A DNA stretch of 64,000 nt from the NCBI GenBank assembly GCA_034439575.1, contig JAWXAQ010000030.1, forward strand, positions 64,001 through 128,000, written 5' to 3'. A model generated the notes under the pieces. That model had not been told where the DNA came from. It did not search any database and saw nothing but the letters and a program-made list of their open reading frames with translations. Position numbers and translations under genes: made by a program. The DNA is from Leptospira sp. GTDB taxonomy: Bacteria; Spirochaetota; Leptospiria; Leptospirales; Leptospiraceae. Positions 1-8,739 of the stretch are shown here, one piece after another (within the stretch, counting starts at the first letter, position 1; each line of letters opens with the position of its first letter).

Positions 1-1485
1 ACGATTTAACAACAAAGCATCCGTTGTAACAGGCATTAAATTTGAAATCTTTTTTCCATTGATACTAAGATTGATATCGGAAATAGATTTTGAATCTTTT
101 ACCTCTCCAAAGATAGTGATTGGATCACCAGCTTGCAATACCCCTTCACTCAAAGACAGGTGCCAATTGGTATTTGTTAATTCTACTTTTGGCTCAGAGA
201 ACACTTTTTGCCGAAGGTGTTTTTCCATTTCGGAAGTAGAGATATCACTGCTAAAACTAATGCCTCTTTCCTTCCCTGTCGTGAGTAAAATATCCAAAAT
301 AGTTTTGTCTTTATAAGCTGAAGGAATCATAACATCTAATCGTTTAATCCAAGTTTGTGATTTTAGAATATTTTGAATTCCTTTTGGGGAAGTCTCACCT
401 GCGGTCAAAACAGAATCACTAACAATAAGCAAACGAAACGATTTGTCATCCATCAATTTTGAAAGTTCCAAAAGCGCCGCACTTAAGTTACTGGAACCTA
501 GAGGAGCAGTCTCTTTTAGTTTTTGGATGCCTTTCTCACCTGCACCATAACTAACAAGCGCTACATCAAAGCCAAAAATATATGAATCGTCTAAATTAAG
601 CTTACCTAACAAATCCTCTAAAGTCCGGATTGACTTTTTGTAGGTAAGTGTAGAGGAAGCAGAGGTATCAAAGAGAATCACTAATTTATCAAGGGGAGCA
701 TTTTCTTCTTCTGATTTACTAAAGGGAATCACTTTAATACCAAAATTTTTTCCATCCGAAGAAATCAAATTTTGACCTAACTTATGTTCAAAAAAAAAGT
801 TTTTATTTGGTTTGTAATTTTTTTTATCAAGTGAAAAAATCTTTCTTGTGATCAGTTTCCCATCATTGTCCGAGTTTTGAGAATCTGTTTTTGATTGGTA
901 TTCATCTGCATCATACATAACTTTCAATTTGAAATTTTCTATTTCAGGTAGCCCGAGTAATGGAAGCGAAACGCCAGTGCCGGCAGTGCTAAGAGCATTT
1001 GAATAAGAAATGATTAATTTTTTTTCGGATTTGGCAGGGATTGGAAATATCCTAGCACTAAATTCATTTCCGGCATCTGACTCAAGTAAGGCGGGATCTT
1101 GCTTTCTGTGCAAAAAATCTTCATAAACTCTTGTGGCTTTTTCTCTTTCTACAACTTCCCCCTCTTGCCATTTGTCTCCAATCATCATTGCAAATCTCGC
1201 CAAATTCGCATTATCTGGTAGTGTGATTCTAAAACGTCCTTCCCTCACTCGATCTTCTGGATTATAAAAACTCAGGCGAATTTCCGTAAAAACAAAAAAC
1301 CCATCCAATACGGTATTTGATTCATAAGATTTTAAAATGAGACCTGAGCCGTCCGAAGCAGTTAACGAAAGCGGTGATGCTAGATTTTCATCTATTGTCT
1401 TAATTTTGTTAGAAGAAAAAATTAAAAATGTGAATCCAATCATCCAAAGATAATGAATCTTCGCCATTTGTTTTGCACGGTTCAT
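1..1485 (-). CDS. VIT (vault/inter-alpha-trypsin) + vWA domain secreted protein, 3' end runs off window
   Basis: Not in ORF track. Manual translation from ATG at 1485 (GGAGAG RBS upstream): MNRAKQMAKIHYLWMIGFTFLIF...FYNPEDRVREGRFRITLPDNANLARFAMMIGDKWQEGEVVEKEKATRVYEDFLHRKQDPALLE...SARIFPIPA (VIT signature), later VILFDTSAS (vWA MIDAS DxSxS). I saw no stop before position 1. Confidence 0.85.
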   Translation of the reverse strand, partial: MNRAKQMAKIHYLWMIGFTFLIFSSNKIKTIDENLASPLSLTASDGSGLILKSYESNTVLDGFFVFTEIRLSFYNPEDRVREGRFRITLPDNANLARFAMMIGDKWQEGEVVEREKATRVYEDFLHRKQDPALLESDAGNEFSARIFPIPAKSEKKLIISYSNALSTAGTGVSLPLLGLPEIENFKLKVMYDADEYQSKTDSQNSDNDGKLITRKIFSLDKKNYKPNKNFFFEHKLGQNLISSDGKNFGIKVIPFSKSEEENAPLDKLVILFDTSASSTLTYKKSIRTLEDLLGKLNLDDSYIFGFDVALVSYGAGEKGIQKLKETAPLGSSNLSAALLELSKLMDDKSFRLLIVSDSVLTAGETSPKGIQNILKSQTWIKRLDVMIPSAYKDKTILDILLTTGKERGISFSSDISTSEMEKHLRQKVFSEPKVELTNTNWHLSLSEGVLQAGDPITIFGEVKDSKSISDINLSINGKKISNLMPVTTDALLLNR

Positions 1486-1676
1486 AATGCACTCTCCCTA
1501 AGAAATACCGATTCCATTTTGGCATACCTTTGCCTTCTTTGTCTGTACCTTTTTTTAGGAGAAAGGATAGAAGCGATCCGAATAATTATAGATTTTTTAG
1601 CTGGATTTTTAATAAAAAGGGAACCCGAATTTTTCCGAGGTGAATTGCAAAAACGGATCTAAATTAAAAATAAATT

Positions 1677-1980
1677 GGCACCTCGGATTTGTTATATGGA
1701 GTAAGAATTGTTACTAAACCCGAGCCCACTTTTAGCTACAATCTTTCGCATAACTTAGTATAAGTAGAATTTAATTAAATTGCGAAAGGATTTACGCATC
1801 GATCGGTGGTGCAGGGCAAATCTCGTTCCCATCTACCTTCTCTCTCACCTCCGTGCTCGATGGAAGGAATACGACATCCATTTCTCCGCTACCGATGGAA
1901 ACAAGGTTTGCATGTCCGAAGAAAGATCGAATACGAAAATCTTTTTCAATACTTTGGGCACCTCGGATTTGTTATATGGA
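1677..1980. repeat. 24-bp perfect direct repeat pair GGCACCTCGGATTTGTTATATGGA (1677-1700 and 1957-1980)
   Basis: Identical 24-mers 280 bp apart in a non-coding pocket. Confidence 0.9.
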
Positions 1981-2344
1981 TGGAACATTTTCTCAGAATT
2001 GGATTCGCTCTTCTAAAAGTGGAAACAATAGTTTGTGTCGCTTCTGTTCGTTTTATCGAATTGCATATAAAACCCAGAATAAAGTCTCTCGATCCATAGA
2101 AAGTAAGCTTTATGACCTAGAAAAATCGTTTAGCCAAATTAATCAAAAGAAGTAAATAATCAGAAAATTGAAAAAAGAATTTAAGAATTCGGTTAAACGC
2201 CTATTACAGAAGCATATTTGCTTACAATGTCGTGTATCCTAGATGGTTATGCGCAACAATTCATAAAAGAAACAAATATTGATTTATTCAATATTTGTTT
2301 CTTACTAACAATACATCCATAATGCATTGTTCCTTCGCTTCCAT

Positions 2345-3298
2345 TTAAATTTTATTAAAAATGCCAGGGGTTTGTTGCGGTTCATCTTTATACAGATACA
2401 AAATACATTCACGAATATAAGTAAATTGAGTTAGCACTTTCCAATAATAAGTATCATTTTCTAATTTGGATAAATCGATATGACAATTGAATGAATCACA
2501 AGTGCTTTGTAAGGCAATAAATTTAAATTTTATATCCTTGGAGATTAAAATCAAATAATTTTTGAACAACATTGCAGGCACGATATTCGAATTATTATAC
2601 TGAGTCATTGGTATATTTGTTTCGGTCGGAATTTCATTGATAGTCGTGCATTCTGTAGGAACCGTTAAAGAGGCGATAGACGGAGGCGAAGATTCATTTT
2701 TTTTCCCTACAAATCGAAATTTAAATTCTTCATTGTTTGTTATGTTGAATTGATTGTTAGGAGCATCTATGTAAATGGCATCCGCCGGAGAGCTTAGCAA
2801 AAAAATAACGTTAATCAAATTACTACTTTCAGTAGGCTCAGCTGGTGTATTAATAAAAACGATAAAGGATAAAATCAAAATGATCCTCTTATCACTTGCG
2901 AATCCTAATCTATCTCTATAATTTGTAAAATTAAGATAAGATGGCAACAATGCCAACAAACAAACTAAATCGCTTACGTCCGCTGTTCCCTTATTTTTAA
3001 AACCAAATTCTAAAAGTGAGTAAATCGTATCATTCCATCTTTGCGAAATATTTATTACCAAGAAAACACAAAATACTAACAAAGAATTTGCGATAAATGT
3101 AATATTCTCATTTATTTTTGAAAAAATAGTACCAATGAATGCAGTCAGTATAAAAGGGCTGAGATAGATTCCGATCAAATCGGAAATTTTTCCCGTTACT
3201 ATACCTGGAAAATATTTTTTGAAAAATAAATCATTCATAAACCAGATCCCAAGTAAAAGAATATGAGAATTTAAATTTAATATTTTTAGCGATTTCAT
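2345..3298 (-). CDS. Hypothetical membrane protein: N-terminal multi-TM domain (NDxxxK...TGKISD motif) plus soluble C-terminal domain
   Basis: ORF 2345..3442; start moved to ATG 3298 (MKSLKIL), 2 nt after the stop of the upstream lipoprotein; ~5 hydrophobic segments. Confidence 0.7.
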   Translation of the reverse strand: MKSLKILNLNSHILLLGIWFMNDLFFKKYFPGIVTGKISDLIGIYLSPFILTAFIGTIFSKINENITFIANSLLVFCVFLVINISQRWNDTIYSLLEFGFKNKGTADVSDLVCLLALLPSYLNFTNYRDRLGFASDKRIILILSFIVFINTPAEPTESSNLINVIFLLSSPADAIYIDAPNNQFNITNNEEFKFRFVGKKNESSPPSIASLTVPTECTTINEIPTETNIPMTQYNNSNIVPAMLFKNYLILISKDIKFKFIALQSTCDSFNCHIDLSKLENDTYYWKVLTQFTYIRECILYLYKDEPQQTPGIFNKI

Positions 3299-3300
3299 TT

Positions 3301-3729
3301 TTACCAAAAACTTCCTGATAAAGGTTTTTGAAATTTGCGAAATTTGATTTCCTCGAAAAAACAATTCAAACTTCGATTTGATACAACGTTGAAAATCATC
3401 GAACCTATGGCTTGTTCGGTGTTTGGTGGAGACGGAGGGCATGGCATGGAGAGAATGCTCTTAAGGCAGTGATCCACTGCACGTTTTTCAAATAGAATCC
3501 TTTTGTTTCCCTCATCGGGTGAAGGATCCTCATCGTTTCCTAATTCGCTCATAAATAGGGCCTGCCCTGGATGAAAATTACATGAAAGCACTTTTATAAA
3601 CGTAACACTCATGATTTTTTCTTCAGTATCTCTTTTGCTGATTGTAAATTCCGTATTTGGGTTGTTTGGAGGTGGCGGAAGGCAAGCAATGAAGTTTAAT
3701 GAAATAACTGTTATAAGAAATCTGATCAT
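3301..3729 (-). CDS. Hypothetical Cys-containing lipoprotein
   Basis: MIRFLITVISLNFIA-C lipobox-like signal, Pro-rich linker; coupled to downstream gene. Confidence 0.7.
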   Translation of the reverse strand: MIRFLITVISLNFIACLPPPPNNPNTEFTISKRDTEEKIMSVTFIKVLSCNFHPGQALFMSELGNDEDPSPDEGNKRILFEKRAVDHCLKSILSMPCPPSPPNTEQAIGSMIFNVVSNRSLNCFFEEIKFRKFQKPLSGSFW

Positions 3730-3860
3730 TATTTATATAAAAAACTAATTCGTAAATTCTATATCGTATGAAAAAAGAATTTCAATTTTTCAATATAAAA
3801 TGAATTCTCATCTATTTTAACTACCAATTTATTTCCATTCGAAATTTCCCCACCAAACTC

Positions 3861-3995
3861 CCGCGACACCGATTGTAGCGGAAATCCTTCCGTGATAAAT
3901 CATTTTTTTTTTATAAAACCTTGGGAAGATTGGAGCGGAAAGCGGGATCGGGTAATACAAACCATGTGACACCTAACAACCCATCCGAGTCGCCC
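3861..3995. repeat. GC-rich intergenic REP-like element
   Basis: Internal near-direct repeats GATTGTAGCGGAAA (3871-3884) and GATTGGAGCGGAAA (3928-3941), with inverted ATCCTTCC/GGAAGAT arms; related to element at 63324-63412. Confidence 0.6.
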
Positions 3996-4008
3996 ATAAT
4001 TTTAATAC

Positions 4009-4051
4009 AGAAAGGCTCCTTCCCTTTTGATTTCTCAAAGTGAAGGAGCCC
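4009..4051 (-). terminator. Intrinsic terminator after distal flaB
   Basis: GGCTCCTTC...GAAGGAGCC stem, then TTTCTGTATT on the minus strand, ~35 nt after the stop. Confidence 0.75.
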
Positions 4052-4084
4052 AGTTTTTAGGCAACTCTTGCCGATTTTGATCTC

Positions 4085-4927
4085 TTATGTATTAGATAAG
4101 AGTCTCATAATTGAATTTGGCCTAACATTTGATTGCGCGAGCATCGCCGTACCGCTTTGCACCAGAATTTGTTTCGTGGTAAACGCAACCATCTCCTCAG
4201 CCATATCCGCGTCTCTGATCCTTGATTCGGATGCTTGCATATTTTCATATGCACCCATGAGACCTTTTGCAGCACTTTCGAGTCTATTTGAATAGGCTCC
4301 CATGTCCGCTCTTTGTTTCATGATCTTCGTCAAGGCGAAATCCGCCAAAGCAATCGCCGCATCAGACTTGCCAGGTGTAGAGAGAGAAACATCCGCTCTC
4401 GACATCTTTAAAGCTTTTGCAGTCATAGTTCCAATGTAGAAACGCTCACGTTGGTTTGCGTTTGCTCCCATTTGGAACCACATCGACGCCTTCTTAGATC
4501 CTCGAGCAAAATCACCCTCAAACAGTTTAAACTTGTTAAACTCTGCTTGAGATGCAACCCGATCGAGCTCATCCACTAGCGCAGATACTTCTACCTGCAC
4601 GAGCTGCCTGTCCTCCGGGGTGTAGATTCCGTTCGCCGTCTGAATGGCAAGGGTACGAATTCTCTGAACGATTTCAGATGACTGGCTGAGAAAACCCTCA
4701 GCAGTCTGGATGAAACTCATTCCATCCTCCGTATTCCTTTCCGCCTGACGTAAACCGCCGATCTGTGATCGCAGTTTTTCCGAAACAGCAAGCCCTGAAG
4801 CATCGTCACCGGCATGGTTAATCCTTTGGCCGGTCGACAAATTCCTCATGGTCTTGTCTACATCCCATTGTGTAAACTTGAGAGAGCGATGCGATTGTAT
4901 CGCGCTCATGTTGTGATTGATAATCAT
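4085..4927 (-). CDS. flaB: Periplasmic flagellar filament core protein FlaB (distal copy)
   Basis: MIINHN...[19 protein letters not shown]...QRADMGA...[11 protein letters not shown]; 280 aa, short spirochetal flagellin; AAGGAG RBS. Confidence 0.97.
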   Translation of the reverse strand: MIINHNMSAIQSHRSLKFTQWDVDKTMRNLSTGQRINHAGDDASGLAVSEKLRSQIGGLRQAERNTEDGMSFIQTAEGFLSQSSEIVQRIRTLAIQTANGIYTPEDRQLVQVEVSALVDELDRVASQAEFNKFKLFEGDFARGSKKASMWFQMGANANQRERFYIGTMTAKALKMSRADVSLSTPGKSDAAIALADFALTKIMKQRADMGAYSNRLESAAKGLMGAYENMQASESRIRDADMAEEMVAFTTKQILVQSGTAMLAQSNVRPNSIMRLLSNT

Positions 4928-5045
4928 TGGCCTACACTCCTTTGTGTATTACCAAATGCAGTAAACTGCGCTTAGCCGGACAATCCCTGTCCGGTGTCAA
5001 GGATGAGCATTCTCATTGCCACCTGGCAGGGAAGGCCGACCGATT
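4928..5045 (-). promoter_or_regulatory. Structured 5' leader of distal flaB with GGA-loop hairpins (putative CsrA sites)
   Basis: Minus strand: CCGGACAGGGATTGTCCGG and ACACAAAGGAGTGT (over the SD), plus TGCCAGGTGGCA, ATGAGAATGCTCAT and GCAGTTTACTGC stems. Confidence 0.6.
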
Positions 5046-5090
5046 ATCTAATTATAACGCTAAAGTTACACAATTCCTCTGTTAAATCAT

Positions 5091-5130
5091 TCGTCTCATC
5101 AAACGTGCATGAGACGATTCTTCATTTTTT
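5091..5130. terminator. Stem-loop between the two flaB genes
   Basis: TCGTCTCAT-N9-ATGAGACGA (5091-5117); the T-rich tail is on the plus strand. Confidence 0.55.
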
Positions 5131-5975
5131 TATCGAAGGAGAGACAGTACGCCTTGTGGTCGGACATTTGCCTGAGCGAGCATTGCAGTTCCAGATTGAA
5201 TTAAAATCTGGTTCTTAGTGAACTCTACGGTCTCTTCAGCCATATCAACATCTCGGATTCTAGATTCAGACGCTTGTGTGTTTTCATAAGCATTCATCAA
5301 ACCTTTAGCTGTGTGTTCCAATCTATTGAAATACGCACCTAAGTTTGCTCTTTGTTTGCTAATTCTGTTTAAAGCATCATCTAACTTTCCGATAGATTCA
5401 TTGGCTTGGTCGGCAGTTGACAGAGTCAGTGCTATGTTACTTTGACTTTTCAAATTCAAAGATTTGGCAGTCATAGTAGCGATAAACACTCGTTCTCTGT
5501 GGTGTTGATTTGGACCCAAGTGAAACCACATGGATGCAGATCTAGAACCACGAGCAAAGTCACCTTGCAGTAAATTCATTTTATTGAATTCTGCCTGAGA
5601 AGCAATACGGTCCACCTCGTCGATGAGCTGTGATACTTCTACTTGGATCATTTGTCTGTCTTCGTCCGTATAGATTCCGTTAGACGACTGAATCGCTAAC
5701 ACACGAATTCTTTGGATGATATCACCAGTCTGCGCAAGGAAACCCTCGGTCGTCTGTATGAGACTCATTCCGTCTTCTGTGTTACGTTCAGCCTGTCTTA
5801 GGCCATTCACTTGCGTTCTGAGTTTTTCAGATACGGCAAGACCGGAGGCATCGTCAGCGGCACTGTTGATGCGGAGACCCGAAGAGAGTTTCGACATATT
5901 TTTCGAAACTTCCTCGTTTTGAAATTTGAGCACGCGGTGGGAGTTAATCGCGGCTAGATTGTGATTTATGATCAT
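5130..5975 (-). CDS. flaB: Periplasmic flagellar filament core protein FlaB (proximal copy)
   Basis: [27 protein letters not shown]...[15 protein letters not shown]...[23 protein letters not shown]. Confidence 0.97.
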   Translation of the reverse strand: MIINHNLAAINSHRVLKFQNEEVSKNMSKLSSGLRINSAADDASGLAVSEKLRTQVNGLRQAERNTEDGMSLIQTTEGFLAQTGDIIQRIRVLAIQSSNGIYTDEDRQMIQVEVSQLIDEVDRIASQAEFNKMNLLQGDFARGSRSASMWFHLGPNQHHRERVFIATMTAKSLNLKSQSNIALTLSTADQANESIGKLDDALNRISKQRANLGAYFNRLEHTAKGLMNAYENTQASESRIRDVDMAEETVEFTKNQILIQSGTAMLAQANVRPQGVLSLLR

Positions 5976-5978
5976 TGG

Positions 5979-6033
5979 TTTCCTCCTTGAAACTGGTTGA
6001 TCGATAAAGAGAGAGAATCCTTTCCCTCTCTCT
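5979..6033 (-). promoter_or_regulatory. Two GGA-loop hairpins in proximal flaB leader (putative CsrA sites)
   Basis: Minus strand GAGAGAGGGAAAGGATTCTCTCTC and TTTCAAGGAGGAAA (SD in loop). Confidence 0.6.
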
Positions 6034-6096
6034 GGTTTTTTTGTGTCTGGTTTTTAGGCCCTATCGTGCCCAAAATTCTCTATTTCTTCCCTTTGA

Positions 6097-6123
6097 ATGT
6101 CGGTGATTGAATATAGGATATTA
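6097..6123 (-). promoter_or_regulatory. Putative sigma28 (FliA) promoter P1 of flaB
   Basis: TAAT-N15-ACCGACAT versus consensus TAAA-N15-GCCGATAA. Confidence 0.6.
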
Positions 6124-6243
6124 ATTTGAAGATTTTGATATGCAATTAGGTTTTATTGCACTTTATTGCGGTTTTTTGGACTTTTTCTCTGACTTTAGCA
6201 CTTTATTTTTTTTAAAAAAAAGTGTAAATTTTTCCTAATAGGA

Positions 6244-6270
6244 GGATCGTCCAAATCCAAAAATCCTTGA
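6244..6270 (-). promoter_or_regulatory. Putative second sigma28 promoter P2 of flaB
   Basis: TCAA-N15-GACGATCC. Confidence 0.4.
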
Positions 6271-6578
6271 GTGTTTTTCGAAAAAACACCAGTAAACGAG
6301 GGATTTGCCTAAGAAACAAGAGAATATGGGCTCATTTGATTCTGGATAATGGAAGACTGCTCTTGAATTGAGCCTATATGGAATAAAATTTTATCTTGGA
6401 ACTAAAGAAATTAATTCAATTCGAATTGGATAAATGGATTTTAAAACGGGAAAGATTTGGAATTCGAAAATGGATCTTGTATAAGAATATAAAAAGAAAT
6501 TTTAAGAAGAAAATCAGATTTTAAATTTTAGATAAAATTTAACTTATATAAATATTCGAATGTACTAATTTATCTTAC

Positions 6579-6878
6579 TTATCTTTCCACAATGCGAAAT
6601 ATTTTTTTTCCAATGCGAAATTGGTCACCTGGTTTCAATTCATAAGGCTCTGTGATTCGCACAAATACCCCATTTTTACTATTTAAATCTTCGATATGGA
6701 TTTTATTTTCTTTGGTGCTAATCAAACAATGCACACGACTCACGGAAGGATCTTCTAAAATCAAATCACCTTGGGCACGACCAATGGCCAATTCGTTTTC
6801 GAAAGTAAACTCTTCAATAGAATTCCCTTCTCCATCTAGAGTTTGCAGACGATAGACTTTTCTTGCGTTTGCGGCCAA
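6579..6878 (-). CDS. Stand-alone FHA domain protein
   Basis: IGR...DPSVSRVH...IEDLNSKNGVFV...LKPGDQFRIG FHA signature; TTG start uncertain. Confidence 0.88.
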   Translation of the reverse strand: MAANARKVYRLQTLDGEGNSIEEFTFENELAIGRAQGDLILEDPSVSRVHCLISTKENKIHIEDLNSKNGVFVRITEPYELKPGDQFRIGKKIFRIVER

Positions 6879-7026
6879 ATTGAATTATCTATTCCCCTGC
6901 TGGTAGTATTAGTTTCGGTAGATCTTCAAAATCGCTTGATGGCACTTTTTATGACAAATTAGAACTAATATATCATTCAGTAAAATTGGCTATACAAGTT
7001 ATTTAATCCAGACTAGCATCTCCAAA

Positions 7027-8739
7027 ATGGCAAATAAGCCCCTTTCACTGGAACAAATTGTTACTCGAGTTGAAGCACTGGAGAATGAACTGGGAATCCT
7101 TAAGGCTGAAGTAAAAAAACTACAGCCAAAAGTGGACAAGAACTCAGAACCAAACATCTACAAGGTGAATCCTTCGACTTCGAACCCTCCCACAAAACCG
7201 AAATCTTTTCTTCCTGAAAGTTTAGAAAACTTTCTCGGCGAAAATTTATTTATCAAACTGGGTTTACTCACCATGTTGCTCGGTGCCACTTGGTTTATCA
7301 ATCTAGCCTTTGAAGAATATTGGATCAATGAATCGGTGCGCATTTGGCTAGGCTTAATTGCAGGCTTAAGTCTAACATTCGCAAGTTTAAGGCTCATGAA
7401 AAATTGGCCACTGATCGGACCTGCAGCCATGGGTACTGGCATCTCATTGACATTTATATCCTACTTTTTAGGATATTTTATGTATGATCTTTATACATTA
7501 ACACCAACTTTTATTGGTCTCGTTTTATTGTGTTTGGTATCCGTCGGATTATCATACATTTTGATCAATGAAGTCATATTTGTTTTTGGAATACTTGGCG
7601 CTTTTTTAGTTCCCACCTTACTTTCCACAGGTGAAAACTCATACCAGTTTTTATTTACCTATTTACTTTTGTGGAATGTTTTGTTTTTACTGATTTCACC
7701 TAAAACTAAATGGCGAATTAGTCCGATTTTACTTTTAATCGGAAACCACTTTATGTTTGGTGGCTGGGCCATAGACAATCTATCCAGGTCCAGTTACGAA
7801 TATCCTTTGTTCTTTCAAGTTTCAATATTTTTGCTATTTCTCTATAGGGAATACAAACTTGTTCCAGCACTTTCAAAGAAAGATTCACTCCTATCCTTTA
7901 TCACGATAGGACTTTCTCTATTATTTGTTTATTTACAAGCCTATTACCTCTCTAGCGTTTTCTTCCCACTCTTCCAAGATGCTTTGTTAATGAGTCTTGT
8001 CGTGGTGTATTTTGTATTTTTCTACCAAGGTTTTTCACGTTCAAAAGGAAAATCCGAATTAGAAGAATTGCATATAGGTGGCGTTGGCTTAGTGGGACTA
8101 CTCTTTGTACTGGCAAGCATAGTGATAGGTTTTGAAGGGAGAATGTTGTCACTAGCGTCTGCAAGTTTTGCACTCATCATTGGAATCGCTGGAAGTTCTG
8201 CGAAGATTCGTAGTCTATATGGAATCTCACTCATATTCTGGATTGTCACCATCCTAAATCTGTTATTTGATAGATCTATTTATGACAATGAAGAATGGAT
8301 TTTTCTGAACGGTTATTTCCTACTCTATGCATTTTCCGCCGCGATGTTATATGTTCTATCGAGGTTAGGAAAAGCACTATTAAGTATCTCAGAAATTTAC
8401 AAATGGTCTGCTTTTCCTGTTTTACTGATTGGAACATTCGCAGAAATTTATTATCATGTTCCATCCGAATATCAGATATTAGGTTACACTTCTGTATTTG
8501 CAGTTTACGGCCTTATATTTACTATTGCCGGATTTTTTTTGAAAGACAACGATCTTCGCAAAATCGGTTTATTTGCACTAAGTATCGTTATCTTAAAGCT
8601 CTATATTTATGACTTCTGGAATATGGGCATTGTGGCGCGGATCTTTGCGGGCTTCGGCCTCGGCGCGGCACTTGTTTTTGCAGGCATTCTCTACAATCGA
8701 TCCAAAAAAAATAATTTACCACCAAAGGATTTAACATGA
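7027..8739 (+). CDS. DUF2339-like polytopic membrane protein
   Basis: N-terminal coiled coil, LENFLGENLFIKLG motif, many TM helices, C-terminal KLYIYD...RIFAGFGLG. Confidence 0.85.
   Translation: MANKPLSLEQIVTRVEALENELGILKAEVKKLQPKVDKNSEPNIYKVNPSTSNPPTKPKSFLPESLENFLGENLFIKLGLLTMLLGATWFINLAFEEYWINESVRIWLGLIAGLSLTFASLRLMKNWPLIGPAAMGTGISLTFISYFLGYFMYDLYTLTPTFIGLVLLCLVSVGLSYILINEVIFVFGILGAFLVPTLLSTGENSYQFLFTYLLLWNVLFLLISPKTKWRISPILLLIGNHFMFGGWAIDNLSRSSYEYPLFFQVSIFLLFLYREYKLVPALSKKDSLLSFITIGLSLLFVYLQAYYLSSVFFPLFQDALLMSLVVVYFVFFYQGFSRSKGKSELEELHIGGVGLVGLLFVLASIVIGFEGRMLSLASASFALIIGIAGSSAKIRSLYGISLIFWIVTILNLLFDRSIYDNEEWIFLNGYFLLYAFSAAMLYVLSRLGKALLSISEIYKWSAFPVLLIGTFAEIYYHVPSEYQILGYTSVFAVYGLIFTIAGFFLKDNDLRKIGLFALSIVILKLYIYDFWNMGIVARIFAGFGLGAALVFAGILYNRSKKNNLPPKDLT

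Noticed and set aside
1677-1980. 24-bp direct repeat as a CRISPR array
   Set aside because: Only two copies, separated by 256 bp, and no cas genes
59-2155. Plus-strand ORFs 59..316, 1453..1662, 1780..2016, 1806..2099, 1853..2155 as genes
   Set aside because: Antisense to the VIT gene or mutually overlapping in a repeat pocket, with no RBS or recognisable domain
3299-3442. N-terminal 48 aa of ORF 2345..3442
   Set aside because: Overlaps the lipoprotein gene; ATG 3298 gives clean coupling
4928-5045. c-di-GMP riboswitch in the flaB leader
   Set aside because: No GEMM-type conserved motifs (e.g. GGCAAAC...GAAA...GCAAAG) visible
4994-5218. 74-aa plus-strand ORF in the flaB intergenic region
   Set aside because: Overlaps the flaB 3' end antisense; better explained as structured non-coding sequence
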